Shown piece after piece: positions 25,356 through 34,700 of a stretch of DNA of 52,142 nucleotides; the first letter of the stretch is position 1, and the number at the start of each line of letters is the position of its first letter. Source of the stretch: an uncultured Gammaproteobacteria bacterium (GTDB lineage: Bacteria; Patescibacteriota; Patescibacteriia; UBA1558; S5-K13); contig CAYLQO010000003.1 of NCBI GenBank assembly GCA_964386425.1, positions 1 through 52,142 on the forward strand, read 5' to 3'. A program made the position numbers and the translations under genes. The notes below the pieces were generated by a model that was not told the DNA's origin, did no database searches, and saw only the letters and a list, made by a program, of their open reading frames with translations.

Positions 25356-26225
25356 ATGAGAATTAAATTTAAAAATGGGTCAGCCCTACTTCTAGCGTTT
25401 CTTATTATGACAGCAATTTTGTCTAGTGTTTTGTATGTATCAAGATTTTCTTTAAGACAAATTATTCAATCTCAAAGCACGGATAATGCAAACATAGCTT
25501 TTTATGGAGCAGAGTCAGGAAATGAGCAGGCTATATATTATTTAAGAAAAACAGATGAACCATTTGATTCTGATTTTCTCAATTTAATAAATCCAACATT
25601 TATGCATGGGTCAGGACAAGAAGATGCAACAATAACTAGAACAGTAGCCAATACAGCACCAAGTATAAATATTGGTCTTAGAAAAAATCAATTTTTTCAA
25701 TTCGATCTTTTTGATCCTGAATATTTTTATGAGAGTAGTAAATTATCATCTTTGGAAATTTCTTGGGATGATAATTGTTCAACACCTGATGACCCGAATA
25801 ATTCCTGGATTGAACTTACAGTAAATGAGTGGTCATCTAGTTTGGGTGATGATTCTGTTAATTGGGCACAATCAGCACACCATGTTTATAAAGATTTGTT
25901 GAGTGCTTCTCCATATACAGGAGCTAATAAAATAATTCATGTTGGTGGTTCTTATTTTGATGAAGATAAAATTTATCAGTTTAGGGTCAAAGCGTTGTTT
26001 TGTGATATTTATAATTTAAATATTGTGGCCCTCGACTCTGCCGGAGAGCGATTATTATTTAAAAATATATATACAATAAAGACAGTTGCTCAATATCCTG
26101 GAAATTCAGAAAAAGGTAACAAACAAGCACTTTCTGTAAGCTTAAGAGCCCTAGATCCGTTGTCAGGACTTTTTGATTATGTAATATTCTCCGAACAATC
26201 CTTAGTAAAAGATGAACTTAGATAA
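25356..26225 (+). CDS. PilX-like minor pilin / pilus-associated protein
   Basis: FKNG|SALLLAFLIMTAILSSVLYV is a PilX-N-like hydrophobic start without Glu5. It is the last gene of the pseudopilin run. Confidence 0.5.
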   Translation: MRIKFKNGSALLLAFLIMTAILSSVLYVSRFSLRQIIQSQSTDNANIAFYGAESGNEQAIYYLRKTDEPFDSDFLNLINPTFMHGSGQEDATITRTVANTAPSINIGLRKNQFFQFDLFDPEYFYESSKLSSLEISWDDNCSTPDDPNNSWIELTVNEWSSSLGDDSVNWAQSAHHVYKDLLSASPYTGANKIIHVGGSYFDEDKIYQFRVKALFCDIYNLNIVALDSAGERLLFKNIYTIKTVAQYPGNSEKGNKQALSVSLRALDPLSGLFDYVIFSEQSLVKDELR

Positions 26226-26239
26226 AATAATTATTTAAT

Positions 26240-28234
26240 ATGGATAAGCAAGAAATAAAAAAAAGAATAGAGAAACTAAAGAAAGAAATAGAACATCATA
26301 GATATTTATATCATGTACAAGACAAATCAGAAATTTCTCAAGAAGCACTAGATTCTTTAAAAAAGGAATTATTTGATTTAGAGGTTCATTATCCAGAATT
26401 TTTGACAAAAGATTCTCCATCCATGAGGGTCTCAGGTCGCGCACTAGATAAGTTTGAAAAAATTCCACACACTTTTCCGGTTTTATCTTTGCAGGATATT
26501 TTTTCCATAGAAGAATTTTATGACTGGGAAATTAGAAATAAAAAAATTATAAATGGAAATTATGATTATTTTTGTGAATTAAAATTAGATGGGCTTACAA
26601 TTGTTTTAACATATGAAAATGGAATTTTAAAAAATGCTGCAACTCGTGGAGATGGAAAAATTGGAGAGGATGTTACAAATAATATTAGAACAATTGAAAG
26701 TATCCCGCTTAAATTGTCAGATTCAAAAAGAAAAATTCCAGACTTATTAACTGTTAGAGGGGAAGTTGTTTTAACAAAATCTTATTTTGAAAAAATTAAC
26801 AAATCAAGAGAGCGAGATGGTTTAGAACCATTTGCAAATCCAAGAAATATAGCCGCAGGAAGCATAAGACAATTAGATCCTAGCGTTACTAAACAACGCG
26901 AGTTAATATATTTTGCTTACTACTGTGATGAAAATTTAGGACAAAAAACACACATGGAAGAACATGAAATTCTTAAAGATTTTGGATTTAAAATAAGTAA
27001 TCATAATGAATATTGTAAAAATGATAAACAGGTTGAGCAGTATTTAAAAAAATGGGAATTAAAAAGAAAAAAATTGGATTATATGACAGATGGAGTTGTT
27101 ATAGTTGTAAATAATTTGGACCTAGAGAAAAAATTAGGAAATGTTGGAAAAACAGAAAGATGGATGATCGCCTATAAATTTCCAGCAGAACAAGTTACTT
27201 CCAGAGTACAAGACATTATTTTTCAAGTTGGAAGAACAGGGGCGATAACTCCGGTTGCAGTTTTAGAGCCAAGACGACTCGCTGGCTCTCTGGTAAGTCG
27301 CGCAACTCTACATAATTTTGATGAAATAAATAGACTTGATGTAAGAATTAATGATACTGTAATTTTACAAAAAGCAGGTGATGTAATTCCGGATATTGTT
27401 GAAGTTTTAAAAAGACTAAGAACTGGTAATGAGAAAAAAGTTTTTCCTCCACAGAAATGCCCATCTTGTGGATCAGAAGTTTCAAGAAAAGAGAATGAAG
27501 TAAATTACTATTGTTCAAATAAAAATTGTTATGCAATGCAAAAAGAATCAATTATTCATTTTGTTTCAAAAAAAGCTTTCAATATAGATGGGCTAGGTGG
27601 CGCAATTGTAGAACAACTAATAGAATGCGGACTTGTAAAAAATATTTCTGATATTTTTAGACTAAAAAGAGAGGATCTATTGCCACTTGAGAGATTCGCA
27701 GATAAATCAGCTGATAATTTAATAACTGCAATTTCAAACAGTAAAAAAATTAATTTTGATAGATTTATTTATTCACTTGGAATAAGACATATTGGTGATG
27801 AAATAAGTTCAATACTCGCATATAGATTTGGAAATTTAGATAAATTTTTAAAAGTTACAAAACAAGAACTCGAATCAATAAATGACATAGGACCAAAAGT
27901 ATCTCAAAGTGTATATGAATTTTTGAATAATAACAAAAATATAGATATAATTAAACAATTAGTAGAATTAGGTGTAAAAGTAGTTGGAGTAAAAACAAAA
28001 AGTCAGAAATTAAAGGATAAAATTTTAGTACTTACAGGAAGCTTAAATAATTTTAATCGCGATGATGCTAAAAAAATTATAAGAGAACTCGGTGGAAAAG
28101 TTTCATCCTCTATAAGTAAAGAAGTAGATTATTTGGTAGTTGGTGATGAGCCCGGTTCTAAATTTCAAAAAGCAGAAAAATTAGGAATAAAAATTATAGA
28201 TGAGGCTGAATTTCAAGAATTGATTAGGGATTAG
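26240..28234 (+). CDS. ligA: NAD-dependent DNA ligase
   Basis: Domain Ia N-terminus, adenylation motif CELKLDGL, Zn finger CPSCGS...CSNKNC, HhH repeats, and a BRCT C-terminus (LVLTGSL...GGKVSSSISKEVDYLVVG). Confidence 0.95.
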   Translation: MDKQEIKKRIEKLKKEIEHHRYLYHVQDKSEISQEALDSLKKELFDLEVHYPEFLTKDSPSMRVSGRALDKFEKIPHTFPVLSLQDIFSIEEFYDWEIRNKKIINGNYDYFCELKLDGLTIVLTYENGILKNAATRGDGKIGEDVTNNIRTIESIPLKLSDSKRKIPDLLTVRGEVVLTKSYFEKINKSRERDGLEPFANPRNIAAGSIRQLDPSVTKQRELIYFAYYCDENLGQKTHMEEHEILKDFGFKISNHNEYCKNDKQVEQYLKKWELKRKKLDYMTDGVVIVVNNLDLEKKLGNVGKTERWMIAYKFPAEQVTSRVQDIIFQVGRTGAITPVAVLEPRRLAGSLVSRATLHNFDEINRLDVRINDTVILQKAGDVIPDIVEVLKRLRTGNEKKVFPPQKCPSCGSEVSRKENEVNYYCSNKNCYAMQKESIIHFVSKKAFNIDGLGGAIVEQLIECGLVKNISDIFRLKREDLLPLERFADKSADNLITAISNSKKINFDRFIYSLGIRHIGDEISSILAYRFGNLDKFLKVTKQELESINDIGPKVSQSVYEFLNNNKNIDIIKQLVELGVKVVGVKTKSQKLKDKILVLTGSLNNFNRDDAKKIIRELGGKVSSSISKEVDYLVVGDEPGSKFQKAEKLGIKIIDEAEFQELIRD

Positions 28235-28263
28235 GGTTTGGGGTCTGGGGGTTGGGGCTTGGG
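28227..28263 (+). other. G-quadruplex-forming motif (seven G3-G5 runs) spanning the ligA stop codon
   Basis: GGGATTAGGGTTTGGGGTCTGGGGGTTGGGGCTTGGG. G-runs are at 28227-29, 28234-36, 28240-43, 28247-51, 28254-57 and 28261-63, and all loops are 1-4 nt. Confidence 0.6.
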
Positions 28264-28298
28264 AGATTTTTAACTTTAAAACTTTACAACTTAAAATT

Positions 28299-28571
28299 AT
28301 GTTAACAAAAAAAGAAATATCTAAAATTGCAGAACTTTCGAAAATAAAGCTCTCTGAAAGCGAAGAAACTATTTTATTTAAAGATATAAATGATATCCTA
28401 GATTATGTAAAAAAAGTTCAGAATTATAAGATTTCTAAAAAAACAAAACAAATTACTAATAAAAATAATAATTTAAGAGAAGATGAAATTTTTAATTTCG
28501 AAAATGATTTACTAGTTTCCCAATTTAGTGATAGAAAGGATAATTTATTAAGAGTCAAAAAAGTTTTTTAA
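28299..28571 (+). CDS. gatC: Asp/Glu-tRNA amidotransferase subunit C
   Basis: The 90-aa product begins MLTKKEISKIAELSKIKLSESEE and the gene lies immediately upstream of gatA. Confidence 0.85.
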   Translation: MLTKKEISKIAELSKIKLSESEETILFKDINDILDYVKKVQNYKISKKTKQITNKNNNLREDEIFNFENDLLVSQFSDRKDNLLRVKKVF

Positions 28572-28575
28572 ATTT

Positions 28576-29997
28576 ATGAGTAATATTTTTACAATAGAAA
28601 AAATTAATAATGATTTAAATGAGGGACATATTTCTTGTGTGGATCTAATAAAATCGTGTATAGAAAAAATTAAAATAGATAATCTAAATGATTTTATAAC
28701 TATTTTTGAAAACGACGCAATTGAATCTGCAAGGCTTATTGATAAAAAAATTGCGCAAGGAGAAAAATTAAATCTTTTAGAAGGAATTCCTGTTGCTATA
28801 AAAGATAATATTTTAATTAAAAATAAAAAATGCACAGCTGCTTCAAAAACCCTAGATGATTATGTTGCTTCTTATGATGCTTATGTAATAGAAAAATTAA
28901 AAAGTAGCGGAGCGATAATAATAGGAAAGACAAACATGGATGAGTTTGCAATGGGATCATCTAATGAGACATCTTTTTTTGGTCCAGTTTTAAATCCACA
29001 TGATAAAAATTGTGTTCCTGGTGGCTCCTCTGGAGGAAGTGCTGTGTCAGTAGCATCAAATCATTGTGTTATATCTTTGGGCAGTGATACTGGAGGATCA
29101 ATAAGACAGCCAGCGAGTTTTTGTGGTGTTTATGGTCTTAAGCCAAGTTATGGAAGAATTTCAAGAAATGGACTTATTTCACTTGCATCATCTCTTGATC
29201 AAATTGGAGTTATAGCTAATTCAGTAGAAGATTGTGCAATTTCATTTAACGCAATACTGGGAAGAGATAAAAAAGATATGACAAGTTTACATACAAAACA
29301 AGTTAATATTTCAAAAATTAAATCAGAATTAAAAAATATAAGCGTCGGAATACCAAAAGATTTTTATAAATTAGCAATAGATAATGATATATTAGAATCC
29401 TTTAAAAAATTAATTGAAAATTTAAAAAGTGCAAAAATAAAGATAAAAGAAATCGATATGTCTTTTATGGATGAAGCACTTTCTGTTTATTATATAATTC
29501 AGCCAGCAGAGGCATCTGCTAATTTAGCAAAATACGATGGATTTAAATATGGATTTGATTCAAAAGTATATGATTCTTTAAAAAATGCATATGAAAATAA
29601 TAGAACAATAGGTATGGGAGATGAAGTAAAGAGGAGAATTTTAATTGGAACATATGTTTTATCAAGTGGTTACAAAGATGCGTATTACAACAAAGCAAAA
29701 TTAGTTGAAGATGATATCAAAGATAAATTTAATAAAATCTTTAAGAGTGTTGATTTCATATTAACACCAACAACACCAACAAAAGCATTTAAAATAGGAG
29801 AGAAAATAAAAGACCCACTTACAATGTATTTTTCTGATATATTTACAGTTTCAGTAAACATTGCAGGTCTTCCAGCAATTTCAATTCCAATGAAATCAGA
29901 TGATCTGCCAATTGGATTACAAATTATAGGAAAATTCATGGATGAGGAAAATATATTACGTTTGGCTTGGAATTTAGACAAAAAATTTATAAATTAA
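28576..29997 (+). CDS. gatA: Asp/Glu-tRNA amidotransferase subunit A
   Basis: Amidase signature GKTNMDEFAMGSS...GGSSGGSAVSVAS...GSDTGGSIRQPASFCGVYGLKPSYGRISR. Confidence 0.95.
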   Translation: MSNIFTIEKINNDLNEGHISCVDLIKSCIEKIKIDNLNDFITIFENDAIESARLIDKKIAQGEKLNLLEGIPVAIKDNILIKNKKCTAASKTLDDYVASYDAYVIEKLKSSGAIIIGKTNMDEFAMGSSNETSFFGPVLNPHDKNCVPGGSSGGSAVSVASNHCVISLGSDTGGSIRQPASFCGVYGLKPSYGRISRNGLISLASSLDQIGVIANSVEDCAISFNAILGRDKKDMTSLHTKQVNISKIKSELKNISVGIPKDFYKLAIDNDILESFKKLIENLKSAKIKIKEIDMSFMDEALSVYYIIQPAEASANLAKYDGFKYGFDSKVYDSLKNAYENNRTIGMGDEVKRRILIGTYVLSSGYKDAYYNKAKLVEDDIKDKFNKIFKSVDFILTPTTPTKAFKIGEKIKDPLTMYFSDIFTVSVNIAGLPAISIPMKSDDLPIGLQIIGKFMDEENILRLAWNLDKKFIN

Positions 29998-30024
29998 TCC
30001 CGTAAACGGGATAAATAAAAATAT
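29997..30024 (+). other. GC-clamp hairpin plus ATAAATAAAAA box ending at a start codon
   Basis: atcccg-taaa-cgggat, then aaataaaaatat, then ATG 30025. The hairpin begins on the last base of the gatA stop codon. Confidence 0.55.
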
Positions 30025-30732
30025 ATGATAAAAATAAAAAAATGGCACATACTACTTGGAGTTTTTTTGTTTTTCTTTTTAACAGTAAGCATGCTCTTTT
30101 TAAGAAAAGTATTTATATATAAAAAAGCAATAGAAAATGGTTCGATAATAATGAATACTGATATTACGAAATATTCTTCATATAATGGAAATATTAATGT
30201 TCCAAGAGAGGAGGTATCAAGAAAAGAGCTAGAGTCAAATTTTTCGCCAAGTATTGGTTCAACAAAGCCAATTATGACAATAGTTGAATTTGCGGATTTT
30301 AATTGTTCTTATTGTTTGTCAGCATATGACGATTTAAAACTTTTTGTTGAAGAGAACAAAGATGAAGTAAAACTTATTTATAGATATTTTCCTATATCAG
30401 ATGATTTAACGCCAGAAATTACTGCAAGTTGTGCAAATGAACAAGGAAAATTTTGGGATATGCATGATAAACTTTTTGAAAATCAGAGAATTCTTAATGA
30501 AACATCATATGCAAGATTTGCAAAAGAGATTGGTCTTGATGTAGATAAATTTAAAAGCTGTTATTCATCAAAGAAATATGAATCAACAATTTCCAGTGAT
30601 ACAAGTTTGGGCTTAAAAGCCGGAGTTGATGGTACACCAACTTTTTTTGTAAATGGATATTTTATACAAGGCGTTGTAACTAAAGAAATTTGGGAGCAAT
30701 TTCTAGAAGGTGTTAAAAATGAAAATAAATAA
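30025..30732 (+). CDS. DsbA-family thiol:disulfide oxidoreductase (membrane-anchored)
   Basis: Intact active site FADFNCSYC, a cis-Pro loop GTPTFFVNG, and an N-terminal TM. Confidence 0.8.
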   Translation: MIKIKKWHILLGVFLFFFLTVSMLFLRKVFIYKKAIENGSIIMNTDITKYSSYNGNINVPREEVSRKELESNFSPSIGSTKPIMTIVEFADFNCSYCLSAYDDLKLFVEENKDEVKLIYRYFPISDDLTPEITASCANEQGKFWDMHDKLFENQRILNETSYARFAKEIGLDVDKFKSCYSSKKYESTISSDTSLGLKAGVDGTPTFFVNGYFIQGVVTKEIWEQFLEGVKNENK

Positions 30733-31494
30733 ATGATAGACGTAAATCCAAATCCAACATTAATTAAATTTGGGACCATAAATGTTTATTTTTATGGAAT
30801 TATAATTGTGTTTGGAATTTTGTTGAGTATGTATTTAATTGAGAAATTTTCAAAAAACAGAGGTGTAGAAAAAAAACATTTAGAAAATTTATATTTTTAT
30901 CTTATTATTTTTGGAATAATAGGCGCAAGAATTTATTCAATTTTATTCTTTGATTTTGATTATTATAAATATAATATTGTCGAGATATTTAAAATTTGGC
31001 ATGGAGGAATTGCGATTCAAGGAGCTATAATTGCAGGAATAATAACAGTTTATTTTTATTGTAACAAAAATAAACTAGACACGTTAAAATATTTAGATAT
31101 TTTTGCTCTTGTTATGCCCCTTGGGCAGGCAATAGGAAGGTGGGGAAATTTTTTTAATGAAGAATTATACGGAAAAATTTCGAGTGTTCCTTGGGCAATA
31201 TACATACAAAAAACAGGATTTCATCATCACCCAATATTTATTTATGAATTTATATTGAATTTAATTTTATTTTTTGTTTTATTGAAGATATTTAAGAGGT
31301 TTGGGGCTAGTAGTGGAGTGGTGTTTCTTTCATATATAATGGGATATGGAATAATAAGGTTTTTTATGGAGTTTTTAAGGATGGATTTGACTTGGGAGAT
31401 TTTTGGTATTAGATTTCCACAGATTATTGCCCTAATTTTTATCTTATTTTCAGGGTACTTTTTGTTTATTGACAAAAAGTATAAAAAGTTGTAA
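30733..31494 (+). CDS. lgt: Prolipoprotein diacylglyceryl transferase
   Basis: Signature GRWGNFFNEELYG and the HP.F.YE motif (HHHPIFIYEF). The protein is polytopic and its start abuts the dsbA-like stop. Confidence 0.9.
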   Translation: MIDVNPNPTLIKFGTINVYFYGIIIVFGILLSMYLIEKFSKNRGVEKKHLENLYFYLIIFGIIGARIYSILFFDFDYYKYNIVEIFKIWHGGIAIQGAIIAGIITVYFYCNKNKLDTLKYLDIFALVMPLGQAIGRWGNFFNEELYGKISSVPWAIYIQKTGFHHHPIFIYEFILNLILFFVLLKIFKRFGASSGVVFLSYIMGYGIIRFFMEFLRMDLTWEIFGIRFPQIIALIFILFSGYFLFIDKKYKKL

Positions 31495-31544
31495 AATTAA
31501 GTATTAAAATAATTTATCAAATTGATTTTTGATAAAATAAAGTT

Positions 31545-31742
31545 ATGATTAAAAAAACATCAAAAAAAGACGATAAAATTGACTTAAATCAAGCAAAACT
31601 AGAAATAGACAAACAGTTTGATATTTTTATGTCTGAACTTCAAATAATTAAACGCAGAAAAAATGAAATTATGAAAAAAATAGATTCAATTATTTCAAAA
31701 AATAAATTAGATAATATAAGAAAGAAATATTTAAATAATTAA
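31545..31742 (+). CDS. Small lysine-rich coiled-coil protein (hypothetical)
   Basis: 65-aa ORF directly upstream of the giant ORF. No motif recognised. Confidence 0.4.
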   Translation: MIKKTSKKDDKIDLNQAKLEIDKQFDIFMSELQIIKRRKNEIMKKIDSIISKNKLDNIRKKYLNN

Positions 31743-31746
31743 TTTA

Positions 31747-31773
31747 CGCCGTTTTAGGCGGACTAATAAATAT
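31747..31773 (+). other. Weaker relative of the GC-clamp hairpin + A-box, ending at a start codon
   Basis: cgcc-gtttta-ggcg, then gactaataaatat, then ATG 31774. Confidence 0.35.
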
Positions 31774-34700
31774 ATGGGAGAAAAAATACCACAACAAAGG
31801 GGGGAAAAATATATTGCTTTTATAGAAAACAATAATGATCTTGAAAATTATAAAATTGAAAAATTAGAACAAATACAGCAAGAAGGAAACGCTGTTAAGC
31901 AAGAAATACAAAATGAAATAGATACTTTGCAGAGATTAATTGATGGACTAAGGACTACCGATGAAAATGCATATAGTTTGCCGCTTCGAGATTTAGATGA
32001 TCTTCGATTGTTGATTGATAGAAAAATGGAAAAAGTTAAAGATGCTATAAATAAAATTATTAGTGAGATTCCAAAATCACAGGAAGGTACTACTATAGAA
32101 ACAACACAAGAAAATACACCATTAGAACAATCAAAAGAGACAAAACAGGAAGAAATAAAATTTGATATAAAAAGAGAATATAATGATTTTATAAAAGTAG
32201 ATCTTACAACAAATGATGAAAATTATTTAAAAAATTATCTAGAAAAAGGTAAAATAATTTTAAATTTTATAGATAGTTTAGATGAGCAGGAAAAAGAAAA
32301 ATATAAAAGTGAATACGATACAGTAAGTGTTATTATAGAAGATATAGAAAAAATATTAAGTAAAAGAAATGAAATTAATCAGACAGAAGAAGATTATAAA
32401 CAAGAACAAATCCAAGAAGAAGAAACACAAGAAAATGAAAAGAATATAGAATCAAAATCTATAAATGATAAGAAAATGCAAATTTTTGAGAAATTATCTG
32501 AATTTGGAGATTTTACAGACGGACAAAAACATCTTATTATAGAAAATTTTTTACAATTAAAATTTGATATTATAAAAGAAGATGCCCAGCGTGATTTTAG
32601 AGATGACACACAGGAACAATTATCAAAAGTAAAAGATGGTAAAAATTGGTTAGGAAGACAAGTCTCTAAAGCACAAAAGATATGGGTTGGTGCAAAGCAA
32701 TCATTTAAAAAAGAAGTTGTAATAGCAAAAACTGAAAAAAATTATACTAAAGATTTTTTAAACAAAGAATTAAATGAAGAAGATTTAAAAACTCTACAAA
32801 TGTTAGCAGAAGGAGTTTTAAAAAGTAATGTTGATGCAAAAGTAGATGAAAAAGGAAAATTAGAAATTTTATACGCTGGTAATTTAGATAAATATAATCT
32901 AACAGAAGAACAAAAGAAATTAGCTGATGATTTTAATCATATTGCAACAGAGTTTTCTCAAATGCCGTATGAGTGGTCACTTGATACGGCAAGAAATAAT
33001 CAAAGAAGAGAATTTAGAAAAAAAGAATGTGAATTTTATGACTTGTTTCATAAATTGAATGATGTGTTTGCAGAGTTTGATTTTGAAAATTATGAAAGTA
33101 ATAGCGCTAATATTCTAAGCAATGTTAAATTAAACCAATTTTTAAATCAAAATCAAGATATAGAAAAACAAATTGAAAAATTAAAAAATCAGAATGTCTG
33201 GTTAAAAGCATTTAAAAATGAATTTGTAGCAAAGGGTGGTTGGATGTTTGCCGGTGCTTTAACAAGAACTCTAACTATGAGCGGAATTGGATTTATAGGA
33301 GGTCTTATTGGTGCTGGAGCGATAGGAGCTATGAGAAGTCGAGATATGGGTAAAAAAGAATTAACACAAGTTGATAAAAATGCAAGAAGAGGAATAGATG
33401 ATAGTAAAAAAAGAAATGTTGTTGATTTAGAAAGCACAACAAATAAGATTTTTTATAAAAGAGATGAAAATGGAAACATAGAAGTTGATGAAAACAATAA
33501 TCCAATAATTGATAAGCAGATAGAAATTACAACAGGGCTTGTTGATAAAATGCAAAAATTAATAGATAAAATTAACACGGAACAAGATGATAATAAAAAA
33601 CGTGAATATGCAAGAATGTTACAAAATAGAATTGACTATACCGAAGATAAACTTAATGCTGGTTTAATTAATTTTGGAGACAAAGAAAATAGACTATCTA
33701 ATCAATATAGATTTTTAGAAGTTCTAAATTTAGCAAAAACAACAGCATATATAGCAATTGATCCAGAGAAGACAGCTTTGGTGAGTGAAAAACTTGGAAA
33801 ATTATTGTCAATAACAGAAAAGGAAATAAAACAAGAAAGGAACGCTTTCTTATTAAAGAAGGCGGAGCAAGGCGCCATTATAAGTGCTACTGCATTTGTA
33901 GCTGGTTATGGAGCTAGAGTTTTATTAGAAAATATGGGTATATTAGCTCATAATATTGATGGATTAGATGACGTATCAAAATTAATTAAAAATGGTCATC
34001 TAACAGATAAAGATATAGATGCCATATTTAGCAATCCTAAACTAGTCAAAAATGAAGATGTTGTTAATGCAATTATAAATAGTAAAAAAGATTTGACAGG
34101 ACACATAGACAAACTATTAGAAACCTATCCAGCTGCAAGACAAAACACAAGCTTTCTTGAAAATCTTAGAGATAATTTAACAACAAGTAAATCTGATAAA
34201 GGATATTTAAACAAATTAATTGAAAATAATTTAACTCAACAAAATGTTGTTCCATCCGGAAAGGGCGTTTTGGAGAATTTAGATTTATCTAACATGAATG
34301 CAAATCAAATTCATGAGCTTGCAAGTCAGGGTACAAGTGTTTCTCATGGGGGAAGCGTTTCAGAAACTCTTGATATTGGAATGACGCAGGGTTCAAAGAT
34401 GACTTTAATTACATTTGATGAGTCAGGAAATCCAGTAGTTCATGAAAATTTTGATGCAAATGTAATTTTAGAAGGTGCAAAAATAATTAAACAAGGAAAT
34501 AAAATATTTGCTATTGATGAAAAAAATTCTTATGAAAGTTTTTATAAATATTATGCAGATCATCCAGAAGAAATTATGAAACATATTAAATTAAAAGGAC
34601 ATACAGTTGAAGATGTGGTAAAAATTCCTAGAGTACAAGAACCTGATGTAGTACAAAATATGCCAGGAGTTGGCGCTACTGATAATTTCGATCAATTATC

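Noticed and set aside
28235-28273. Stop-codon read-through extension of LigA (12 in-frame codons, GLGSGGWGLGDF, then TAA).
   Set aside because: The extension is exactly what a G-rich DNA motif translates to. No recoding signal is evident, and LigA already ends after a complete BRCT domain. It is mentioned under the G4 finding only as a formal possibility.
31797-31802. G6 homopolymer in codons 8-10 of the giant ORF as a slipped-strand phase-variation switch.
   Set aside because: Six residues is below the length at which phase variation is usually observed, and there is no supporting evidence such as alternative frames with long ORFs. It is noted only because G-runs are rare here.
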